Below the pieces are notes generated by a model. The model did not search any database and was not told where the DNA came from. It saw only the letters and a program-made list of their open reading frames with translations. Positions 19,900-26,882 of a stretch of DNA of 64,000 nucleotides are shown here, one piece after another. A program made the translations under genes and the position numbers. Source of the DNA: a virus; the IMG/VR virus record IMGVR_UViG_3300045988_094081, positions 38,033 through 102,032 of that record; one strand, 5' to 3'. Positions within the stretch are counted from its first letter, which is position 1. Every line of letters starts with the position of its first letter.

Positions 19900-20907
19900 A
19901 TGGGTGGTGATAAAATCGTCCTTTTAGATGGAGCCGGGGCTAACGGTGGTGGTGCAGCCACTAACGGTCTTCTTTCAATGATTCCCGGCATGTTTGCTAA
20001 TTTGATAGGTGGTAATAAAATGGATCCGAATCTGGTGGCGGCTTTGATGAACGGTCGTAATAACCAGGACGGTTTCGGTGGGGCTAACGGTTGGTGGCTC
20101 TGGATAATTGTTTTGTTCTGGCTGTGGGGTGGACGCGGCTTCGGTAACGGTTTTGGAAATGGTGGTGATTGTTGCGCCAATGGTTTACCCGCTCAGTTGA
20201 ATAACGATTACGGTCGTGAGCTTCTGATGCAGGCAATTCAAGGTAATCGTAGCGCTATAGATCAGATCGCTTCTGCTTTGAACTGTTCTACTACTCAACT
20301 TCAGAACGCTATCTGCAACGTACAGGGTGCTATTGATAAAGTAGCTGGTCAGGTAGGTATGACTTCTCAGGCTGTTATCAACGCAGTTCAACAACAAGGT
20401 TGTGAAATCGGAAATCAAATCAGCTCTTGCTGCTGCAATCTGAGTTCGTTGATCAATCAAAGCACTTGCCAGACTCAGGGAATGATTACTCAGCAAGGTT
20501 TTGATAACCAGCTTCGCACGTTGGAACAAACCAATATCTTGCAGAACGGTCTCAACCAAGGTCTGGCTAACAATCGTGAGCAAGCTACAAGCCAATTTAA
20601 TATCTTGTCTGCGAAACTTGACGCTCAAACCGTTATGATCAACGACAAATTCTGTCAGTTGGAAATGAGGGAGATGCAGAACACTATTGCTCAACTTCGT
20701 GAAGAAAAAGCGGCTTTGACAGCTTCGGCATTATCTCAGCAACAAACCCAGAATATCGTTGGTCAATTACGCCCGACGGCCGTCCCAGCCTACCCCTCTT
20801 GTTCTCCTTACCAGGCTTATTCTTGGGGACAGGTATTCGGAGGAGGTTACTGCAATAACGGATGTGGATGTAACAACGGATGTTGCAATAACAACGCTGC
20901 TGTCTGA
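19900..20907 (+). CDS. Gly/Asn/Cys-rich low-complexity protein. It has one Trp-rich hydrophobic segment (WWLWIIVLFWLW), a central coiled coil and a Cys-rich tail (GYCNNGCGCNNGCCNNN).
   Basis: The ORF track starts at 19843; the first plausible start is the ATG at 19900 (MGGDKIV...). Strong compositional bias. The same-strand context and a downstream terminator favour the + strand over the long antisense ORFs. Confidence 0.5.
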   Translation: MGGDKIVLLDGAGANGGGAATNGLLSMIPGMFANLIGGNKMDPNLVAALMNGRNNQDGFGGANGWWLWIIVLFWLWGGRGFGNGFGNGGDCCANGLPAQLNNDYGRELLMQAIQGNRSAIDQIASALNCSTTQLQNAICNVQGAIDKVAGQVGMTSQAVINAVQQQGCEIGNQISSCCCNLSSLINQSTCQTQGMITQQGFDNQLRTLEQTNILQNGLNQGLANNREQATSQFNILSAKLDAQTVMINDKFCQLEMREMQNTIAQLREEKAALTASALSQQQTQNIVGQLRPTAVPAYPSCSPYQAYSWGQVFGGGYCNNGCGCNNGCCNNNAAV

Positions 20908-20930
20908 TTTTATTAAGAGAGGAGGCTAAT

Positions 20931-21344
20931 ATGGCTTGTGTTTCTAAAATAGGATCGTTGTATGAGATGGTTACGAAGAATGTTATTGTCAGTACGACAA
21001 ATACAATCTTCGGTATTAACCCACGGGCTTGGATCGCCCTTCCGTGTGAGGGTCTTATCCTTCTTAAGATAAGGCAAGTAGTCCCCACAGCCGGAAGTGC
21101 TCTACCGGTACAGATTGCGGTCCCGGCAAACAGCACAGTTTCAACAGTAGGAGCCGACACCTGTTGCTCGGTTACGGGAGTGAATGTCGTGAACCCTATT
21201 AACGTAGCTGTAACGGGTGCTGCTATGGTAAATGGCACAGAACGCCTTCTGTACTTCAATAAAGTTCGTGGCGTGTTAAGATTAATGGATTGCTGTGTTC
21301 CAGTAGCGGCAGCCCAGGCGTCTGAAGTTAAAGCAGGTAAATGA
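20931..21344 (+). CDS. Hypothetical protein (137 aa), Val/Thr-rich, probably all-beta
   Basis: ATG preceded by GAGGAGG, followed by a strong terminator. Confidence 0.5.
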   Translation: MACVSKIGSLYEMVTKNVIVSTTNTIFGINPRAWIALPCEGLILLKIRQVVPTAGSALPVQIAVPANSTVSTVGADTCCSVTGVNVVNPINVAVTGAAMVNGTERLLYFNKVRGVLRLMDCCVPVAAAQASEVKAGK

Positions 21345-21351
21345 TTTCAGT

Positions 21352-21379
21352 AGGGTGATGGAGATCATCACCCTATTTT
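21352..21379 (+). terminator. 9-bp perfect hairpin AGGGTGATG-GAGAT-CATCACCCT followed by ATTTT
   Basis: Read directly, immediately after the stop at 21344. Confidence 0.6.
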
Positions 21380-21400
21380 CACCTAAATAATATTTTGATC

Positions 21401-21889
21401 ATGTTTTCAGATTTGAAGAAAGGGTTTCAGGTACATACCCTTGATACTAATACAGTACCTAAATACGAATTGGGAAAGGTAGTAGCCGTATCCGAACCCA
21501 GGTATCTTCCTCCTCAGCCGGGTCAGTATCAGGCGATGCAGACCCGCGTGGTGGATCTGACGGTAGAGCTCACTGGCGAAACCAAGACCTATACGGTCCC
21601 GGAATCCCAGAATGTGGCTAAGGCTATGGGTATAACATTATCTACCAGCATAGATCCGATTATGAACGAACTGAATGCTATAAAAAGCACCAGTCAAGAC
21701 ATAATAGACAGCGTAGATACCCATCGTGCCAAGATAGAAGCTTGTGAATCTATATTAGAAGACATCAATCCGGCATTCAAACAAACGAGAGAGCAGGATC
21801 GTAAAATAGCTGGTATAGAAAATAAGGTGAATGACCTTACTGATTCATTCGAAGATTTAAAGAAGTTAATTGTAGAACGTTTGAAATAA
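21401..21889 (+). CDS. Hypothetical coiled-coil protein (~162 aa)
   Basis: The ORF-track start at 21395 is TTG; the ATG is at 21401. Confidence 0.5.
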   Translation: MFSDLKKGFQVHTLDTNTVPKYELGKVVAVSEPRYLPPQPGQYQAMQTRVVDLTVELTGETKTYTVPESQNVAKAMGITLSTSIDPIMNELNAIKSTSQDIIDSVDTHRAKIEACESILEDINPAFKQTREQDRKIAGIENKVNDLTDSFEDLKKLIVERLK

Positions 21890-21896
21890 GTATAAT

Positions 21897-22274
21897 ATGA
21901 TAGTATATGATTTAAATTCAGGACACAGAGAATATCCTGGATATGATGAGATAGAAGACAGGCGAGGTGGAGGCAGAGGCAGAAGCCGTCGTTCTGATGG
22001 GACGTACATGGAGTACGGACATGGGTTCCTTCCTCCTTATGATCATTACGGTATGCATGAGAAGATGAAGGAAATGGAAGAACGCGAAAACGAGCTGGAA
22101 GAAAGGGAAAGAAGGCTCGAAGAGCGCGAACGTCGTCATGAAATGGAGGACCGGGAATACCGGAGGATGGGTTACGAATCCTACCCGACCGATTACTATG
22201 GAGACGACAGATACTACGGTGACGGACCTCAGATGCGTAGAGGTCGCGGACGTGGCAGAGGTCGTTCTTATTGA
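21897..22274 (+). CDS. Highly charged protein with an Arg/Glu repeat coiled coil (ERENELEERERRLEERERRHEMEDREYRR) and RG/RGG-rich termini (GGGRGRSRR ... RGRGRGRGRSY)
   Basis: Composition read from the translation. Possibly nucleic-acid binding. Confidence 0.45.
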   Translation: MIVYDLNSGHREYPGYDEIEDRRGGGRGRSRRSDGTYMEYGHGFLPPYDHYGMHEKMKEMEERENELEERERRLEERERRHEMEDREYRRMGYESYPTDYYGDDRYYGDGPQMRRGRGRGRGRSY

Positions 22275-22367
22275 GGAGCAGACGCAGAGGATCCAGCTTA
22301 TCAGAAATATGTAGATACTTACGGCTACCATTTTTCTAATGCTCTTGCTGATGAGGCGGTAAAGAAG

Positions 22368-22661
22368 ATGGTCAACGTCGATGGATCCAAGAGGATCTGG
22401 AAGCAGCCGGAAATAAAAGATATTTTTGAAAAGTGCGGAGCGAAGAAGCCGGATAAAGCGACATGGGGCGATGTCCAATATGTCTTTGCAATGTACTATT
22501 CGGATGGTTTTCCGAAGGTCTTCAAATGTGAGAACGAGTTGGTGAAAGCTACGTTAATGTATTTGGATGATCCGGATGCTCCCGAAGGAGTAGCCTTTAT
22601 AAGATGGCTTGCCGTGCAAGATTACCTCGGCGAAAAAATAAACTGGAAGGATCTGACATGA
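22368..22661 (+). CDS. Hypothetical protein (97 aa)
   Basis: ORF on the consensus strand. The frame is open back to the previous stop, so the start is uncertain. Confidence 0.4.
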   Translation: MVNVDGSKRIWKQPEIKDIFEKCGAKKPDKATWGDVQYVFAMYYSDGFPKVFKCENELVKATLMYLDDPDAPEGVAFIRWLAVQDYLGEKINWKDLT

Positions 22662-22834
22662 GATCCAGGCCCAGGCCCTTCCGGTGGTGCGGGAGCCATA
22701 GTAAAAAATATGATTCCCGCATTCCCGTTTTTCCCGTTTGGAAAAAAAGGAATAAAAAAAATGTTATACCGGTCGGCGGGCAATAGAATACCCGTGGCCG
22801 GTTTGTTTCACATAACTTTTTTTTGGACATGAAT

Positions 22835-22981
22835 ATGGCACACGAATCTAAATCAAATAAAACCCCATTGTATTTAATAGGAGAGTTGATTGGCGTACCG
22901 AATACGGTTATGGACTCAGCATTGCATGAACTGAGAGATAGAATAGACAAAGACCCTAAATATAAAGATGTTAAAAATTAG
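22835..22981 (+). CDS. Small hypothetical protein (48 aa, MAHESKSNKTPLYLIGELIGVPNTVMDSALHELRDRIDKDPKYKDVKN)
   Basis: Found by manual translation and not in the ORF track (<60 aa). It lies in an otherwise empty 470-nt gap and is followed by a terminator at 23029. Confidence 0.25.
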   Translation: MAHESKSNKTPLYLIGELIGVPNTVMDSALHELRDRIDKDPKYKDVKN

Positions 22982-23028
22982 CTCGAGTCTTTACCCAAGA
23001 TCTGAACCTATTTTTTTTCAATACCAGG

Positions 23029-23063
23029 CCCGATGCGATTTTAACGTATCGGGTTTTTATTTT
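23029..23063 (+). terminator. Hairpin CCCGAT-GCGATTTTAACGT-ATCGGG followed by TTTTTATTTT
   Basis: Read directly. Confidence 0.5.
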
Positions 23064-23133
23064 AATTCATATTGTTTTATTTTAAATCTAATTAATTTAT
23101 GAATGTCGTACTTTTGTTGAAAAAGTATTTTTT

Positions 23134-23361
23134 ATGGAAAATAAGGAAGATTACGTTGGTTACGAAGATCAAGAACTGTGTAACCGGTATTACAAAGAGG
23201 CTGAAGCCATGAGGCAAAAGCAGGACTGGTCTCGGCTTAGGGCTGTCCCTGCTCCGGCTAAGGGAACGCCATCGCCCGGCTGGGGTCAGCTTGGACGTGG
23301 AAATGATGTCCGTGTCAAGTATGTTAGCATCAATTCAGGATTAGGAGGGGACAGATTATGA
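23134..23361 (+). CDS. Hypothetical protein (75 aa)
   Basis: ORF whose stop overlaps the next start (ATGA), indicating coupling. Confidence 0.4.
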   Translation: MENKEDYVGYEDQELCNRYYKEAEAMRQKQDWSRLRAVPAPAKGTPSPGWGQLGRGNDVRVKYVSINSGLGGDRL

Positions 23362-23573
23362 CCGTAGAAGAATTGGCTAATAAAAGATACGGTGGCGAAT
23401 TTGTTTTCATGTTTGGTCATCTTGAAGGTAGAACAAGATTCGTTTTTGAATGCTTTGATCCAAGACCTGATCATGAAGGTAAAAACACTTATATAGTTTC
23501 TTATTTTGATAAGGGACTTCGTAGAAGAGATGTGGTAGATGTGCCATGTTATATGAATGTTTTAGCAAAATAA
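23358..23573 (+). CDS. Hypothetical protein (71 aa)
   Basis: Translationally coupled to the upstream ORF. Confidence 0.45.
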   Translation: MTVEELANKRYGGEFVFMFGHLEGRTRFVFECFDPRPDHEGKNTYIVSYFDKGLRRRDVVDVPCYMNVLAK

Positions 23574-23593
23574 ATTAAAATATTGTAAATATC

Positions 23594-24229
23594 GTGGTTA
23601 GAATCGCATATTTCGGAACCGATGGCTGCCCCGGTCATCACGTTATTCCAATACGAGGTAAATTCACAGAAGAGGATATTAAGGTAATAGAATCTGTAGA
23701 TTGTGATGATTTCTATAAGGTGTTTGATGTCATGCGTTTTAAGATAGCTGAGTTTAAAGGATGGACGATATTGGGAATCCCGGCAAGCTTAGACGATCAT
23801 AGACCTGGAAGCAAAACCGTTATCTTCATAGAGGGTGAAGCTAACGAAGCTGATTTTATAGAAGTCACACAAGAGTATTCTTTTCTTAAAAATAAGGTAA
23901 AGAAACTTGCCGAATTGTATCATGATGGAAAATGGCTTGCGACTGGTAAATTGAATCAAGATCCGCCTACTAACAAGGAGCGGTTTCAATTTACGTTAGA
24001 CAAGGATGATATTATTAACATGATTAGGGGAGTCGATTTAGATCCTTATTCTGATGTGGCGAATGAAATGGAGAAAATCGGATTGGGATCATCATCTGAT
24101 TCTTCATATGAGGGTCCCACATGGTCTTGGTTTGTTAACAAAGTAGAACTTTGGCAGAAGAATAATGTATGGGATAGTTTCTCCGCTGAGTTTTTGTGGG
24201 GTTTGTATTGTAGGATAAAGAAAGTATAG
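23594..24229 (+). CDS. Hypothetical protein (211 aa). The start codon is a GTG/alternative start.
   Basis: ORF-track start is GTG; the first internal ATG is far downstream. Confidence 0.45.
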   Translation: MVRIAYFGTDGCPGHHVIPIRGKFTEEDIKVIESVDCDDFYKVFDVMRFKIAEFKGWTILGIPASLDDHRPGSKTVIFIEGEANEADFIEVTQEYSFLKNKVKKLAELYHDGKWLATGKLNQDPPTNKERFQFTLDKDDIINMIRGVDLDPYSDVANEMEKIGLGSSSDSSYEGPTWSWFVNKVELWQKNNVWDSFSAEFLWGLYCRIKKV

Positions 24230-24252
24230 TAACAATTAATTTAAAACAAATC

Positions 24253-25116
24253 ATGGAATTAAAAGATTTTAAAGATGTGGTTAGAGTAATGACAAAAGAA
24301 GAGTTCGAATCAACAATCGAAGAAGATATTAAATTCGTTGAGGGATTCAAGAATTTCTTAAAACATGATGATGCCACGAGGATAGTAGAGCATATCAAGT
24401 CTGTGTTAGAAGCATCAGTAGATTACTACTATCCTAATCATCCTGAAGTAGAATTTGAAAAAGATTTTAATATACAATACGATGTCAATAATATCTTGAA
24501 CAAATACGGCCACACCGAAATGGGTATGTATAAAATACAGCTCTATATAGAGAATATTTTGGGTAGTATTCAAAACAAGAAGCCTGTAGACGTGGGAGAA
24601 GTCTCTGACGGATACCACACTTTCAATGAATTGTATCGGTATCGCATGTTGTATAACGCTGCCTTCTTTAATCTATTAGCCAGAAGCGGACAGGTTGAAG
24701 TTTGCAAATCAAGGAGACACAGCGACGGAGAAAAATGCTTCGGTTCTGATGATTGGTTTATTGTGATGGCGATCCTACCTACCGGTCAGGTATCTAATCA
24801 CTATGAAAGCAAATACTGGGATTTGTTTGATGTTCCTGAAAGAGAAACCGCTTTCGAATACGATGGCCATACACCAAATGAAGCCTCCGACAGACTTGAA
24901 AAGTATCTCAAACTGCCTCGTCATGGCATGACATTCGAACAGGCTTTAGAACGGCTTAAATTAGGTCGTAAGATAAAAAGAATCGATTGGGGTAAAAAGT
25001 ATATCTGTATGTTTGACGTAAATATATTGATGATAGATACAGGTCAAAAAGTAGCATCAAATTGGAATCCAACCGAACATGATATTATGTCTAATGACTG
25101 GGAGATTGCGGGATGA
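24253..25116 (+). CDS. Two-domain protein with an unknown N-terminal domain and a C-terminal DUF2829/Tad2-like domain (about residues 225-287)
   Basis: The C-terminus MTFEQALERLKLGRKIKRIDWGKKY...WNPTEHDIMSNDWEI follows the DUF2829 pattern (FEEAL.aLK.GkkV.R.GW ... W.ps..DLla.DWEi), as recalled from memory. Confidence 0.55.
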   Translation: MELKDFKDVVRVMTKEEFESTIEEDIKFVEGFKNFLKHDDATRIVEHIKSVLEASVDYYYPNHPEVEFEKDFNIQYDVNNILNKYGHTEMGMYKIQLYIENILGSIQNKKPVDVGEVSDGYHTFNELYRYRMLYNAAFFNLLARSGQVEVCKSRRHSDGEKCFGSDDWFIVMAILPTGQVSNHYESKYWDLFDVPERETAFEYDGHTPNEASDRLEKYLKLPRHGMTFEQALERLKLGRKIKRIDWGKKYICMFDVNILMIDTGQKVASNWNPTEHDIMSNDWEIAG

Positions 25117-25388
25117 GTTTGTTTGTTTGTTCAAAATGTGGCTGTATAGATAATACAGCCACATCCTGTTATTGGGCTCTTATAAGACCTTGTAAGAATC
25201 GTATTTACGATAAGTCGCTAAAGGGATATGAAGGCAAGCCTCTTTGTTCTGAATGTGCCGCTATTGAATATCATAAGGATGATAAGCCGGTGGTGGTTCC
25301 TGGAACGTGGCATGGTAATTTCAAGAAGGAATGGCCTACTGAAGAAGAAAAGAAGCATATTGGTAAAAATGGTATTTTAAATTATTGA
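25113..25388 (+). CDS. Small Cys-rich zinc-binding protein (91 aa; CSKCGC...CSEC)
   Basis: CxxC pairs; the start overlaps the upstream stop. Confidence 0.5.
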   Translation: MSLFVCSKCGCIDNTATSCYWALIRPCKNRIYDKSLKGYEGKPLCSECAAIEYHKDDKPVVVPGTWHGNFKKEWPTEEEKKHIGKNGILNY

Positions 25389-25391
25389 TTT

Positions 25392-25697
25392 ATGTGTGAT
25401 AAGGAAATTGTTATATGCGCAGCTATCTGGGTTCAAGATTACAAGAACAAGCCTCACGGTCCAGTAAATATACCATCTGGAACCGTATTTTGTGGATTGA
25501 GACACTGTTCCATAATATCGCAACTTGCGGCATACGGTATAGCTCATAAAAACCGCAGTGTTCAAGGATTTTTGACAAGCAAGAACCGGTTTCTGACGAG
25601 AGAAGAAGCGTCTGAGCTTGTTAAGAACAATAATCAGGAGATGGTAGTAGATAGGAATGCTATTAGAGAACAATTGTATTCAGAAGATTTATATTAA
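25392..25697 (+). CDS. Hypothetical protein (101 aa)
   Basis: ORF in the compact small-gene cassette. Confidence 0.45.
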   Translation: MCDKEIVICAAIWVQDYKNKPHGPVNIPSGTVFCGLRHCSIISQLAAYGIAHKNRSVQGFLTSKNRFLTREEASELVKNNNQEMVVDRNAIREQLYSEDLY

Positions 25698-25714
25698 CTA
25701 AAAAACAAAACAAC

Positions 25715-26071
25715 ATGGGGTTTAAAATCAAAAAGTCAATCATTTATAATATGATGAACGGCAGTCGGGTAGAGTACGAATTTGACAATACCAAGGATTT
25801 TGATTATATTACATTTAAGGGTGATGGCAAAGAGTCTTTTTCATTTAGCGTAATCCTTGTTAAACAATTAATTGAAACATTTGAAATCATGTTGCAGGAT
25901 ATATATTCTGATAATTATAAGCTTAAGGTTTATGCTGGTAATTGCATAGCTCAATTGAACGTAAATCCAAAGGACTCAAGTGAATCCTTTTTTGACGTAT
26001 ATGATAAAGATGAAACGAAACTGATATATGGAATAGAGATCGGTATTCTGAAAGGAATGTTTGGCATATGA
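25715..26071 (+). CDS. Hypothetical protein (118 aa)
   Basis: ORF, coupled (ATGA) to the next gene. Confidence 0.45.
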   Translation: MGFKIKKSIIYNMMNGSRVEYEFDNTKDFDYITFKGDGKESFSFSVILVKQLIETFEIMLQDIYSDNYKLKVYAGNCIAQLNVNPKDSSESFFDVYDKDETKLIYGIEIGILKGMFGI

Positions 26072-26388
26072 TTACTAAACAAGATATACAAGCAGCAGCA
26101 TCGTATATTTTCCGAAGCAGTTTTGTCTCAGAAGACCAGGCAAGGAAAGTAACGATAAGAGCCGGTAATAACGCTACCAAGAACCTTGTCAAGACCTTCA
26201 GAGGAAAGTTGTTCAAGAAGGCTTTTGGAAGAGCTCGTAGAGGGAAGGATATCAGTTCTTTTGAAAGACAAGAAAAAGAAAGTGGTTTTAATTTTCTTTA
26301 TAATCCTAATAATGGTCGTATGCGAAGCGGTCATATTATAATAGACGGAATTGGTCTGTTTAAACAAATAATAGAGTCGGGTACGTAA
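26068..26388 (+). CDS. Hypothetical basic protein (106 aa)
   Basis: ORF; a terminator hairpin overlaps its stop. Confidence 0.45.
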   Translation: MITKQDIQAAASYIFRSSFVSEDQARKVTIRAGNNATKNLVKTFRGKLFKKAFGRARRGKDISSFERQEKESGFNFLYNPNNGRMRSGHIIIDGIGLFKQIIESGT

Positions 26389-26405
26389 GTTATCCGACTT
26401 TTTTA
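26375..26405 (+). terminator. Hairpin AGTCGG-GTACGTAAGTTAT-CCGACT followed by TTTTTT
   Basis: Read directly. Confidence 0.55.
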
Positions 26406-26413
26406 TATATTTG
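26406..26413 (+). promoter_or_regulatory. -7 box TATATTTG, 5 nt upstream of the ATG at 26418. This implies a leaderless or very short-leader mRNA.
   Basis: Exact TAnnTTTG. Confidence 0.35.
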
Positions 26414-26417
26414 TGGC

Positions 26418-26741
26418 ATGGCAAGAGGTTATTATTGGATACCACAAACAGATGAAACGTTAAATGGCAGAAGCTATTACGTGGCTAAGATAGTAGGGGA
26501 TATCACGTTTGATACTAAACGAAAAAGAATCGTATTTCAAGCTGATAGGTATTTCCCTGTAGGATCTGTTTTCCATTTTACGCACAATTGCTTCAATTAT
26601 ATCATAACTTGCCGACTTCGTAAGCCTGGGCTGTGGTATGAGGCAAGGAGGGAAGACTGCGGACCTATTGGACCGGATGATGTGGAAAGGTTCGAATCAG
26701 GAAGGTTTATTCATAGAAATGGGTACAAATACAATGCATAA
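26418..26741 (+). CDS. Hypothetical protein (107 aa)
   Basis: ORF bracketed by terminators. Confidence 0.5.
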   Translation: MARGYYWIPQTDETLNGRSYYVAKIVGDITFDTKRKRIVFQADRYFPVGSVFHFTHNCFNYIITCRLRKPGLWYEARREDCGPIGPDDVERFESGRFIHRNGYKYNA

Positions 26742-26792
26742 GCGTAACTTGACGATTTGCGTCAGATTATAATTTTTTTTCATATTATTTTT

Positions 26793-26830
26793 AAGCCATC
26801 AGACTGAGAAGTTAGATGGCTTAATTTTTT
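26793..26830 (+). terminator. Hairpin AAGCCATC-(14 nt loop)-GATGGCTT followed by AATTTTTT. A weaker hairpin, TGACG-ATTTG-CGTCA at 26750-26764 with T8 at 26773, precedes it.
   Basis: Read directly; these are tandem terminators. Confidence 0.55.
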
Positions 26831-26851
26831 ATGATATGCTTGATTTTTAGC

Positions 26852-26859
26852 TACCTTTG
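26852..26859 (+). promoter_or_regulatory. -7 box TACCTTTG upstream of the 2140-aa giant gene (ATG 26883)
   Basis: Exact TAnnTTTG, 23 nt upstream of the ATG. Confidence 0.45.
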
Positions 26860-26882
26860 TCTCATAACAAAAATGTTTTATC

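Noticed and set aside
20185-21259. Long minus-strand ORFs (169 and 191 aa) overlapping the Gly/Asn/Cys-rich gene and the 137-aa gene
   Set aside because: All surrounding genes and the terminators (21352, 23029) are + oriented and the antisense translations look composition-driven. This remains worth experimental confirmation.
22597-22950. Minus-strand 117-aa ORF in the 22.6-23.1 kb gap
   Set aside because: It is on the opposite strand to all neighbours. The + strand 48-aa ORF plus terminator is a better fit, though both are weak.
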